A stretch of 45,552 nucleotides of DNA from Octopus bimaculoides (GCF_001194135.2 NC_068982.1:57145537-57191088), one strand, 5' to 3'; counted from the stretch's first letter, positions 28,233 to 40,621 are shown. Notes: generated by a model not told the origin, from the sequence alone. Numbers and translations: made by a program.

Positions 28233-28439
28233 CTTTTACTAGTTTCCGTCATTAGGCTGCGGCCATGGTGGGGCACTGCGTTGAGGAATTTTAGTCGAAT
28301 GAATCGACGGCAGGACATTATTTTTATGCATTGTCAAGTGGTGGTGGGAGACAAACACAGACAGACAGACACACACACACACACACAGACACACACACAC
28401 ACATACACACACACACACACACACATACACACACACACA

Positions 28440-28534
<95 letters not shown>

Positions 28535-28692
28535 GCACCCTTCAGTTTCCATTTACCAAATCCACTAAGAAGTCTTTGGTCGGTCCGAGGCTATAATTGT
28601 AGACGCTTGCCCGAAGTGTCAGACAGTGGGACTGAACTGGGAAGCATGGGCTTTGGAAGCATACTTCTTACCATACAGCCACGCCTGCGCCT
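28233..28692 (-). mobile_element. SINE family A with internal deletion and long (CA)n
   Basis: Homologous to family A; the internal microsatellite is about 170 bp. Confidence 0.85.
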
Positions 28693-28704
28693 ATGTGTAT
28701 AAAA

Positions 28705-29100
28705 ATATGGATGTATGACAAAAAGCTTGCTCCCCAACCACGTTATTTCCGGTTCAGTCTCACTGCGTGGAACCTTGGACAAATAAATGTCTCCTATTAT
28801 AACCCTTGGCCCACCAAAGTCTTGTGAGTGGTAGACAGAAACTAAAACAAGCCCGTCGTATATATATGTGTGTCTGTGTGTTTGTGACTGTCTGTCTGTC
28901 CGTTTGTATGTTTGTATTCGTTCCCCTCCACCGCTTGACGACCAGTTCTAGTTTGTTGACGTTCCCGTAACTTAGCGATTCGGGTAAAAAGAAACGGACA
29001 CAATAAGTTTCAGGCATAAAACAGTAGTAGTGCCGATTTAGTCGACTAAATTCTTCAAGGAGGTGCTCCAGCATGGCCACAGGCTAATAACCGAAAGAAG
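28705..29100 (+). mobile_element. SINE family A, head-to-head with the previous copy
   Basis: Homologous head remnant, body and GTGCTCCAGCATGGCCACAG tail. Confidence 0.85.
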
Positions 29101-29252
29101 AATCTGCGAATCAACGAGGAAGGCCATCTAGATAGTCTCTCGATCTGCTATAAATAGTAGCTAAATCTCCTTCAAATCATATCTGACGGCCGTATACAAA
29201 TAAAATGCACACACATGTTAAGAGATAGACATATGTATAAATATTTATATGT

Positions 29253-29566
29253 GTGTGCGTGTGTGCATTTGTGTTTTGCTGTGTGACTACCTATGCATAT
29301 CAGTCAGTCTATGCAACCATTTATTCACTGGCAGCGTCTAATTTCATATACTTATGTCGGAGTTCATTTACGTACATTAAGTATGTGTCAGCGTTCTAAG
29401 TTAGTTGTGTCAGCCTCCCTGACCAGGCATTCGCGTGTCTCTGTCTCAACTAATACAATAATGCCAATGGAGGTTATTGTTNNNNNNNNNNTATATATAT
29501 ATACATACACACGCACATAAAAACTTACATGCGTACTTATATACATACATACATTGATACATTCAT

Positions 29567-29648
<82 letters not shown>

Positions 29649-29881
29649 GTGCGTGTGCGTGTGTGCATTTGTGTTTTGCTGTGTGACTACCTATGCATAT
29701 CAGTCAGTCTATGCAACCATTTATTCACTGGCAGCGTCTAATTTCATATACTTATGTCGGAGTTCATTTACGTACATTAAGTATGTGTCAGCGTTCTAAG
29801 TTAGTTGTGTCAGCCTCCCTGACCAGGCATTCGCGTGTCTCTGTCTCAACTAATACAATAATGCCAATGGAGGTTATTGTT
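29253..29881. repeat. 229-bp exact duplication (29253-29481 = 29653-29881) next to a 10-N gap; probable assembly artefact
   Basis: The copies are identical at offset 400, and the first ends exactly at the N run 29482-29491. Confidence 0.85.
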
Positions 29882-30298
29882 GAAGGTCAAACAGAAAAAG
29901 CCTTTTACCTTGCTCGACAAACGATACAGAGGACTGGACCTGCCCTGAAGCGCTCCTCTTTCAAGAGTGATTAATATTATATAGTTTTACACAGGGAAGA
30001 ATGCCAGCACTAACCAATATATAGTAATTACGCAAGTCCTTAGGGAATCCATTTGCTGTCTATCATAATCATCTGCCGTTGTTGTGGTTCTCTTAGATAC
30101 GTTCCTTAACATACACAATAAGCCTTGAAGAGAATTCTCTTTACAGTCATTCAGGGAATGCTGATGTTGTTTAAGTGTTAATTTAGCCTTGTTTTTAGTG
30201 TATTTGCTCAGTTTTCATATATCATAACATACTTATACTCATAGATCCATACACACGCTCACGAGCACGCACGCACGCACACACACACACACACACAC

Positions 30299-30357
<59 letters not shown>

Positions 30358-31054
30358 NNNNNNNNNNNNNNNNNNNNNNNNNNNNNNNNNNNNNNNNNNN
30401 NNNNNNNNNNNNNNNNNNNNNNNNNNNNNNNNNNNNNNNNNNNNNNNNNNNNNNNNNNNNNNNNNNNNNNNNNNNNNNNNNNNNNNNNNNNNNNNNNNNN
30501 NNNNNNNNNNNNNNNNNNNNNNNNNNNNNNNNNNNNNNNNNNNNNNNNNNNNNNNNNNNNNNNNNNNNNNNNNNNNNNNNNNNNNNNNNNNNNNNNNNNN
30601 NNNNNNNNNNNNNNNNNNNNNNNNNNNNNNNNNNNNNNNNNNNNNNNNNNNNNNNNNNNNNNNNNNNNNNNNNNNNNNNNNNNNNNNNNNNNNNNNNNNN
30701 NNNNNNNNNNNNNNNNNNNNNNNNNNNNNNNNNNNNNNNNNNNNNNNNNNNNNNNNNNNNNNNNNNNNNNNNNNNNNNNNNNNNNNNNNNNNNNNNNNNN
30801 NNNNNNNNNNNNNNNNNNNNNNNNNNNNNNNNNNNNNNNNNNNNNNNNNNNNNNNNNNNNNNNNNNNNNNNNNNNNNNNNNNNNNNNNNNNNNNNNNNNN
30901 NNNNNNNNNNNNNNNNNNNNNNNNNNNNNNNNNNNNNNNNNNNNNNNNNNNNNNNNNNNNNNNNNNNNNNNNNNNNNNNNNNNNNNNNNNNNNNNNNNNN
31001 NNNNNNNNNNNNNNNNNNNNNNNNNNNNNNNNNNNNNNNNNNNNNNNNNNNNNN

Positions 31055-31085
<31 letters not shown>

Positions 31086-31101
31086 ATTGTGTATACATAC
31101 A

Positions 31102-31142
<41 letters not shown>

Positions 31143-31534
31143 ATGCATTTATAAATATATAAACACATATACATTTATGATGTATATGTGTATCTTAACG
31201 CATGTCCGTCTGTGTCTTTTCATCTTCCATTAAATCTGCACGAAATTCTTTAAATATGACTTGAAAGAGAGTATCAGAGAGGCGATAAACATTCCTCAAA
31301 ACAGGAACGAATATAAACGAATCTTGAGCATATAAAGAACTAAAACCTTCAGTTTTGCCAAAAGCTTGGTGCCGGAAGAGAGCGTGCGTTCGGATATGAA
31401 GATAGTCACGGTTTTCAACTACCGTCTTACACTTGAGTTGTATTACTCTTCTTTGAGGATCGTTATCAGAAATACGTAAGATTGCACTCGCCGCGCGCAC
31501 ACACACTTTTATTTTCTCACCTTCTGTGACTCCT

Positions 31535-31566
<32 letters not shown>

Positions 31567-31942
31567 TATTCATTTATTTCCCTCTTTGTACCTCTGTCTC
31601 ATTCTCTCTCCCTCTTTCTATCATTGTCTCTTTCTCGCGCGCTTTTTCTCTGACTCTCTGTCTGTCTCTCTCTCTATCTATCTATCTCCCTCCCCGCACA
31701 TGCACATATAATCGTAAACTTGAAATATTATTCTATACCTATCGAAATTGTTGAATATACAGACTTAGACAAAATAACAGAAACACCCTTTTGATTTAAT
31801 TGTTTATTTTATGGTCAATAAAACAAATTCAAATATAATAGTCATTATATTTGTGTTCATATGCATTACGTATTGCTTGTACTACGTGATATGGTCCTCT
31901 GCGCTTTCATTTAAAAAATATATATATATTCAGATATTTTAT

Positions 31943-32276
31943 AGGTGCAGGCGTAGCTGTGTGGTTAGAAGCCTGCTTCCCAACCACATGGTTCAGTGTT
32001 CAGTCCCATTGCATGGATCCTAAGACAAGTGTTTTCTACTATAGCCACGGGCCGACCAAAGACTTCTCATTAGATTTGGTAGGTGGAAGTTGAAAGAAGC
32101 CCGTTGTGTGTGTGTGGAGTGATTATGTCTGTGTTTGTCCCTACTATCTCCTGATAATTGGTGCTGGTGCGTTTATATCATTATGACCTAGTGGTTCACC
32201 AAAATATATCGATAGAATAAGTATCAAGTTTTAAAAAAATAAATAAATACTGGGGTCGATTCATTCGACTAAAAAA
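31943..32276 (+). mobile_element. SINE family A lacking the LINE-like tail
   Basis: Head AGGTGCAGGCGTAGCTGTGTGG; ends at GGGGTCGATTCATTCGACT. Confidence 0.8.
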
Positions 32277-32277
32277 T

Positions 32278-32597
32278 AGTGGTATTTCGCCCGTCGCTAC
32301 GTTCTGTGTTCAAATTCCACGAGGTCGACTTTGCATTTCATCTTTTCAGGATCGATGAAATAATTTCTAGTTACGCACTGGGGTCGATGTAATCGATTTC
32401 CTCCTCTCCCAAATTTCTGGCCTTGTGCCTATAATAGAAAGGACTATTCCTCAGGCAGCGAGCTGGCAGAATCGTTAGCACGCTGGACGAAATGGCTAAC
32501 GGTGTTTCGCCCATCACTATATTCTGAGTTCAAATTCCTCCGAGGTCGACTTTGCCTTGCATTCTTTGGGGGTCCATAAATTAAGTACCGGCGAAAC
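32278..32597 (+). mobile_element. Two tandem SINE family B copies (32278-32446 5'-truncated; 32453-32597 3'-truncated)
   Basis: Both contain GTTCAAATTCC...GAGGTCGACTTTGC. Confidence 0.85.
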
Positions 32598-33577
32598 ACA
32601 GTGTGTGTGTGTGTGTGTGAAGCAGAATTAAGGACAGTACTCAGCCAGGTCATAATTTGAATAAAAGTAAACATTATGGAAATAATTATAGATTTATTGC
32701 AATCACATCTACTTTGAAAGATAGTTAAACATACTCATAGGGACAATTGAAACAAACTCTGATTAAGAAGAGGGGATAAAATATTAATAATTTTGTTCTT
32801 ATCGAGCTGTGAATGATATATTTTGAGTGTGCAGCTAACGAAGCAAAAGAACGTAGAAACGCAGGCGTTCTACAACCCAATGACGTTATTCAAAGGCACA
32901 TGACTAATAGGAGAATTTTCTCCCGGAATTGTTTCTGCAGCGGAAAGTCTTCACATGTGCGAAAGATCTCGATCGTGTTAAATTAGACTTTACACGAATA
33001 CATCTGTATATAAATATAGGACTACAGTTTTCAATGTGACCTTTCCTGATTTATGACGATAAAGTTGAAATGACGGAAAACTGGCCGCGTTATCTAGTAG
33101 GTCGATCGCCCGTTCCGACAAATTTTCCTTTTGGCTCGAAGCAAACCCTTTTCTTGTTTTTTTGTACTCTTAGATCGAATGTAGTCGAACAAAACTTTGA
33201 TGAAAGTCATTCTACTCGCGGCGATCCCATCATTTTATATACGAAGCTATAATTATTCATTATAGCTTTTACATCAGATGTTAAGTTGTGATTTGCTGTT
33301 ATGGTGGGGACTTTTAGCTCCCTGTTTAACAAATTTGCCTTTTTGTGAACAATGCTCTTTTAACCTTTTCTTCCCTACCTTCTCCCCTTTAACCCCCTGC
33401 GTAACCTCCCCCTTGTCCTATAGTTTGTATTTCACATTTTCAGAATGATAGCAAATGTAATAGGAGCGGTCGTCTTTAGAAATACTGTTTTCAATTAGAA
33501 AACATTACGGAAGAAGAGTTTTCGGTTACATATCCACATATCGTCACGATTTCAGCATTATTAGATTATTACAGAGT

Positions 33578-33775
33578 GTTGGGGCGGCAGAATCGTTTGG
33601 GGATTGAACAAAATGCTTTGCGATATTTGTTCCGATTATTTTTCTAATGTTGCTTTTCATCCTTCTGGTTCAATAAAATAAAATACCAGCCTAGAATTGG
33701 TGCTAATATAATCGGCAAACCCCCTCCCCTCAAAACTGTTTGTCTTGTGCCTAAATTAGAAGCAACTGATATTAT
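33578..33775 (+). mobile_element. Old SINE family B
   Basis: GGCAGAATCGTT head and degenerate GTCTTGTGCCTAAATTAGAA tail. Confidence 0.55.
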
Positions 33776-34361
33776 TTGATACAATTTTTTATTATTTGGT
33801 GATACTGCATTATTGATATTTTTATTGATTATCGAAAAATGAAAACCGGACCATGAAGGTTTCAAACACAGAATTGTGGAATACACAAGTTATCATCATA
33901 AGTAATCCAATCCATCCTTTTTACATTAATAATTAAATGCAATATAAACCCCACACCATGAAAAAATTAACCCCCCAAAAAAACGAAAAGCAAAAATTAA
34001 AATTCATAACAACACATAGGACAGATAAGGGAAAATATTTATAAGTAAATTGAAAAAAATATTAGATAAACAAGTGAACATTAAAAATGAAGTTTTGACG
34101 AACAAAGTCACGTCTAGTTTTAATAATTGTGTTTGGTAAAATGTATATACTGGTTGAAATGTAATGAATTACACGTTTGAAAGATCTTATTCAGCTTTTT
34201 GGAAAATATCGGATTATTTGAAATCTTGGAGTGGTCATAAGGAACGGTGTGAAGATGGCATTACAATAGATCGTCGTTGTTGCGTGTTTTGATTTTTTTA
34301 GTATTAATTTTGTTGCTTCATTGTGGTTTGAAAACACTGCTGTTTTTATTACTTTCCTTAT

Positions 34362-34580
34362 TAAGGCAGCGAGCTGGCAGAATCGTTAGGACGTCCGGGT
34401 GTACAAAAATAGTTGCGATATTTTTGTTCGCTCTTTATCTTCTCAGTTCAAATTCCATCAACGTTGACTTTGCCTATTATCTCTCCGGTGTCGATAAAAA
34501 TACAATATCAGTAAAATACTGGATCCGAGAGTCACGCCTAACTCACACCTTTCAAAATGGCTGGCCTTGTACCTAAAATT
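34362..34580 (+). mobile_element. SINE family B, diverged
   Basis: AAGGCAGCGAGCTGGCAGAATCGTTAG head and GGCCTTGTACCTAAAATT tail. Confidence 0.75.
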
Positions 34581-34633
34581 ACTTTTCCTACTATAAATAT
34601 TGTGATTATGGTGGTTATATTTGTTGAATTGAC

Positions 34634-35030
34634 AGGCGCAGGAGTGGCTGTGTGGTAAGTAGCTTGCTTACCAACCACATGGTTCCGAGTTCAGTCCCAC
34701 TGCGTGACACCTTGGGAAAGTGTCTTCTACTATAGCCTCGGGCCGACCAAAGCCTTGTGTGTGGATTTGGTAGACGGAAACTGAAAGAAGCCCGTCGTAT
34801 ATATGTATGTGTGTGTATGTTTGTGTGTCTGTGTTTATCCCCCTAGCATTGTTTGACAATCGATGCTGGTGTGTTTATGTTCCCGTCACTTAGCGGTTCG
34901 GCAAAAAGAGACCGATAGAATAAGTACTAGGCTTACAAAGAATAAGTCCTGGGGTCAATTTGCTCGACTAAAGGCGGTGCTCCAGCATGGCCACAGTCAA
35001 ATGACTGAAACAAGTAAAAGAGTAAAAGAG
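34634..35030 (+). mobile_element. SINE family A, full-length best-preserved copy
   Basis: tRNA-like head with A box TGGCTGTGTGG and B box GAGTTCAGTCCC, then body, an internal TA/TG microsatellite, and a 3' GCGGTGCTCCAGCATGGCCACAG...(GTAAAAGA)n tail. There are at least 8 homologous copies in the window. Confidence 0.9.
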
Positions 35031-35399
35031 TATAAGGGGTTGATCACGATATTTTTGGTCATCTTTATCCCTTAATCACAGGGGTAAGAGCAGTGCCCAT
35101 AATCATTTATGGAGGCCCCCGAGACAAGAGGATGAGGAAGAGTATATCATCTGTTATCTGCACGCCCGAAGATTTGCAGCAGGTTCGACACTGCCATTAG
35201 GTTCAGGGACTCTAAGGTCCTGGTGGCAGTGTTAAATTAGGGAGTGGATTGTATCTGCTACACACGTTAGTCACGAAAGTATTAGCACTCAGATCACAAA
35301 GAGACTGCAACGTAGCATAATCAACGTTCTACTGTTTCTGCTAATCTGTTCCCTTACAAGCTGTGCTTTATTGGTCCCGGAAGAATAAATAGTGTTGTT

Positions 35400-35497
35400 G
35401 GCCGAGTCAAAACTGAAATTGAAGTGACAAGGTGTCGGAATAAATAGTATAAGGTATTTCATCTAACACTCTGTTTAATCTGCCAGTTCGCCGCCTG
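35400..35497 (-). mobile_element. SINE family B head fragment
   Basis: TCTGCCAGTTCGCCGCCT is the reverse complement of the family B head. Confidence 0.55.
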
Positions 35498-36187
35498 CTG
35501 CTGCTAGCCTGTCATCATCATGTTGTTGTTATTGTTGATGTTGATGTTGGTGTCTTAGAGCGAGTAGAATGTAGGAGTAGAAGTATGAAAATAGCCATAA
35601 AGAAATTATCAGAAATTATTCATTGCATCGTTGCTGTTGTTGCTTTACCAAATCTCAGTCAGGTTTGCGAAGACAGTCCGATAATAGGTAATGGCATCGG
35701 AAAATTTCCTGAGAACGCCTTCTGCCAGAAGAATTCATAGTTAAGTATAAGTTACCGTACTTTGAAAAAGTGAGCCGATAATAAGTTGTCGTTAATTGAA
35801 AGTATAATACTAATAAGAAAAATGTCATTAAAGTTAATAACATATTATTTTCCGGGCAACGGAAAAAATTCTCAAAATTTCAATTAGCAAGAAATTTAAT
35901 TTAGAGGTACATGCAATGGCCACCAGTCAAGCATATGAGCCAATAATCGCAATGAAAGAATTACGCAATAGATACACTAATACATTTTGACTACATACAT
36001 TTGATAAAGTGGACGTGTTTTGAACAAAAAACATAAAATAATGTGGAGCCGAGTCAATATATTAAATACAGCTTCGACTAAATGTATTAAGTGGTGCTTT
36101 TTATCATTTGTTCAGCCACTCGTATATATGTACACACGCGCGCATACACACCTATATACACAGACATCAGCATATCCATGTATATGT

Positions 36188-36262
<75 letters not shown>

Positions 36263-37275
36263 TAAATACATATATAAATACATATATAAATACATATATT
36301 TCTATACGTGTGTGTGTGTGCGCGTGTGAGTATATATATATGTATAAGTATGTGCGTATATATGTGTAGGTATACATATATATGTATATGGTAGTAAGAG
36401 AAAGATTTGTATGTGAAATACGCATACACACACACAAACACATACATACATATATATGCATATATATACACATGCAAATATACATACATGTGTGTATATT
36501 TGCTTATATGAAACTCTAATTAGTTCATTATAAGGAATTAGCATTCACCCTCACCTTACTAATTTATAAATTAAAACAAATATTCTGTTACCAATTCTAT
36601 GTAACACTTGAAATTTCAAGAATATATAATATTCCTCCTTCAGACGACATAAAAATTATTTGCTTATCCGTAGTGAAAGATTATAAATCTTAATGGTGCT
36701 AACAGCAAATGTATTTATAAACCACGAAATCCGTCAGTTCGGTGCGTGATATCATTACACTCAAATATATATACATATATATAAGTTATTTCTATATGAC
36801 TTTATTAATTACTTGTTAGTTCATATTAGCAACCTTCTCATACACACGAATAGGTTTACATTTTCATTTCATTAAGGGTTTGAATATAAATAACTAATTG
36901 AATATAAATAACTAATTTTTCGCCCCTACAAGTTTTTCTTACGGCTAAGGTTTATGCAGAAGAGTATAGAGAAGGATAACATTTGTTAATTAGTCGTTGG
37001 GAAGTATAATTGATGATTTTAATCTCACGGCTAAAACAATGGATAAATGACAATTATAATGACTATATTTTATGCAATGACAAATGTTCTAAATTGTTAA
37101 GGCATTGTTAATGATTCGATATTAGTTTTTTTTTAATACTTTTCATTGATGTATAACCTAACGTAAATGCTACTTACGAGTCCTTAATTTTAAATCTACC
37201 TTCCAGTCATTCCATGTGCATATATGTGTTCACGCTCGTGTGTGAATGTAGATATATATATGTGTGTGTGAATGT

Positions 37276-37359
<84 letters not shown>

Positions 37360-38204
37360 NNNNNNNNNNNNNNNNNNNNNNNNNNNNNNNNNNNNNNNNN
37401 NNNNNNNNNNNNNNNNNNNNNNNNNNNNNNNNNNNNNNNNNNNNNNNNNNNNNNNNNNNNNNNNNNNNNNNNNNNNNNNNNNNNNNNNNNNNNNNNNNNN
37501 NNNNNNNNNNNNNNNNNNNNNNNNNNNNNNNNNNNNNNNNNNNNNNNNNNNNNNNNNNNNNNNNNNNNNNNNNNNNNNNNNNNNNNNNNNNNNNNNNNNN
37601 NNNNNNNNNNNNNNNNNNNNNNNNNNNNNNNNNNNNNNNNNNNNNNNNNNNNNNNNNNNNNNNNNNNNNNNNNNNNNNNNNNNNNNNNNNNNNNNNNNNN
37701 NNNNNNNNNNNNNNNNNNNNNNNNNNNNNNNNNNNNNNNNNNNNNNNNNNNNNNNNNNNNNNNNNNNNNNNNNNNNNNNNNNNNNNNNNNNNNNNNNNNN
37801 NNNNNNNNNNNNNNNNNNNNNNNNNNNNNNNNNNNNNNNNNNNNNNNNNNNNNNNNNNNNNNNNNNNNNNNNNNNNNNNNNNNNNNNNNNNNNNNNNNNN
37901 NNNNNNNNNNNNNNNNNNNNNNNNNNNNNNNNNNNNNNNNNNNNNNNNNNNNNNNNNNNNNNNNNNNNNNNNNNNNNNNNNNNNNNNNNNNNNNNNNNNN
38001 NNNNNNNNNNNNNNNNNNNNNNNNNNNNNNNNNNNNNNNNNNNNNNNNNNNNNNNNNNNNNNNNNNNNNNNNNNNNNNNNNNNNNNNNNNNNNNNNNNNN
38101 NNNNNNNNNNNNNNNNNNNNNNNNNNNNNNNNNNNNNNNNNNNNNNNNNNNNNNNNNNNNNNNNNNNNNNNNNNNATATATATATATATTTATATATAAT
38201 ATTT

Positions 38205-38611
38205 TATTCCTTTATTCTTTTATTCATCTACTGGTTTCAGTCATTTGATTGCGGCCATGCTGGAGTACCGCCTTAAAGTGTCTTTTAGTCGACGAAATCG
38301 ACCCCAGAACTTTTTTTTTAAAGCCTAGTACCTATTCCATCGGCCCCTTTGCCGAACTGCTATGTTACGGGGGACTTAAACACAACATCGGTTGTCAAGC
38401 GATGGTGGATGGACAAACATAAGCACAGAGACACACACACATAACTACACACACATACACACACACACGACGGGCTTCGTTCAGTTTCCGTATACCAAAT
38501 CCACTCACAAGGCTTTGGTCGGCCCGAGGCTATATAAGAAGACACTTGTCCAAGGTGCCATACAGTGGGACTGAACGCAGAACCATGTGGATGGGAAGCA
38601 AGCTTCTTACC
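38205..38611 (-). mobile_element. SINE family A
   Basis: Homologous to family A over nearly the full length. Confidence 0.9.
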
Positions 38612-38764
38612 TGTGTTGGAGTTTAATCTTTTTTAATGCTGTTTTCTCATTCCTCATTAATGATTTATATTAAGTTTGTAACAGCAGCATTGTCATGCCT
38701 ATTAACGTCGGTAGGGCTCCTTGGTTTCATTTTTAGAATAAAGATTGTAGCATTAGCATTTTGT

Positions 38765-39030
38765 TTCCTTTACTAGTGTTAGTGCGAGAGCTGTGGCCAT
38801 GCCAGGGCAGCGCTGTTAGTTTTGCCACACTTTCAGTACTTGAAGCCAAATGCGATATTAGAACATATCGCATTTGGTAATGAACGAGTTTGGTGTTGTT
38901 GTCCTCACATGCGTAAGTTCATCCGGAACTCTTGACAAGAAGAGGTCTAGTTTTGTTTTGACAACACTTACATCCACTCTAAGTAGGTCTCTCGATATTG
39001 AAGAATTCTGGGCATTTGAAATCCATTGCT
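38765..39030 (-). mobile_element. 3' end of a CR1/L2/Jockey-group LINE (ORF2 C-terminus plus 3' UTR)
   Basis: Minus frames FKCPEFFNI / RDLLRVDVSVVKTKLDLFLSRVPDELT...NSF resemble the GPxLFNxLP...FKxKLDxFLxxVPDEP...NSL LINE C-terminus. They are followed by a GCGCTGCCCTGGCATGGCCACAG tail. Confidence 0.75.
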
Positions 39031-39616
39031 ACATTTTTGTACAACGTATCAATGAAACAGAATTAATAATCTCAAAATCGTTTTATTAACTTTATTACCT
39101 CCAAAATACTTTCACTACTCAATTCACACATTCTGTACCTGACTGAGTGTTGGGTTTGGTTGATTAATAAAATTCTCAATGTTAATATTCAAGTTTGTTT
39201 TCCTGGAATTGTATACTAAGCTAATATATTTTGAACTCATATTGTTTATTTCCACCTAGTTTAGGTTTGTGCTCTTCACTATAACGTTGTAAAGTTACTT
39301 ATTAAAATGCATGGTCAGCAAATAGAAAGTGTTGTACATGTGTGTCTGTTCGAGATAACCAATATATTTTGATGGTTGCAACATTGTAGTTTACTTTGGA
39401 ATTCGTATACTACCATAACTCTGCATGTAAGCAGCTTGACAAATAGAGATCAACAAATGAAGTTATAGAAAGCAATAAATATTGAAGTCGATATGATGGA
39501 CATTTAGTCGATCATGTTGACTCATTGAAATAAATGTCTTAGCATGACTTAACTCCAATTGCTTACACCGTAATAAAATGAAAAAGCGTACATATATTTA
39601 TGTATATTATTTTACT

Positions 39617-39733
39617 ATATTGGACGCAGAAGTTAGAACTAGAATTCTGGCTAAGCTAGAACATAACCAGGATGTAACCTTACAGCAAATGTCACAAGAA
39701 TGTGAAAGGAGAGCTAAATTAAGATACGACAAA
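39617..39733 (+). mobile_element. Gypsy-type LTR retrotransposon gag remnant
   Basis: LDAEVRTRILAKLEHNQDVTLQQMSQECERRAKLRYD resembles the DAxIRTRLLxKLEQxxxxTLQxxxEECxR segment of K02A2.6-like Gypsy gag proteins. It is an isolated fragment. Confidence 0.65.
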
Positions 39734-39886
39734 TTTTCATCTTTCTTCCCCCACACCCAGCTTCTGTATCTCCCTGATAGAGGGAAATGGACTGCTCCAA
39801 GGTTAGATGCACAGGACATGTCGCTTGTTAACACTGCAAATTCTTTGTCACAGCACTCGGGCTCAGAATCATGTACATAATTTATC

Positions 39887-39941
<55 letters not shown>

Positions 39942-40100
39942 CATATATATATATGTTTGATTAAGTAATTATTATTCTATTTCCAATTTGTGTAACATAC
40001 ACAGACACACACGTGTGTCTGTGTGTGTTTTAAAAACATAGCTATATTTCGATGAAACAGAATATTTATTCCATCCATAACACCACGGGTCATGTACTAG

Positions 40101-40146
<46 letters not shown>

Positions 40147-40547
40147 AGTGTGAGTTTGAAACTATACATACATATATGAATACGCACATATATACACAGA
40201 CATACATATATGCGTACATGCATAATTATAATTGACTTATTTCTTCCTCTCTCTGTATCGATGCATTTATCTCCTATACAGCATTTTGCTAAGTAGATTA
40301 AATTTAGTGTATCCATATTCTATTGTCACTTTATATTGCTCCTTATAATAGTTTTTTTTTTTACTTCTGTTTGTTTTATCTTACATATATAATATCTCAC
40401 TATTATCCATAACGCCAGGCTTCTCTTTAACGTCCACAATTTCTTAATATGTTTCGTGCAAATTGTCTACTAAAACGAATATATTCTAGCACGTTTATAA
40501 TAAAAGTCAATAAAAAACAACACTGAATATGTTCTCAAATATTACTT

Positions 40548-40621
<74 letters not shown>

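Noticed and set aside
34634-34710. tRNA gene
   Set aside because: A and B boxes are present but there is no cloverleaf; it is a SINE head continuing into the SINE body.
36881-36916. 18-bp tandem duplication (also 30-bp GA-rich units near 20270-20340)
   Set aside because: Ordinary slippage products with no further structure.
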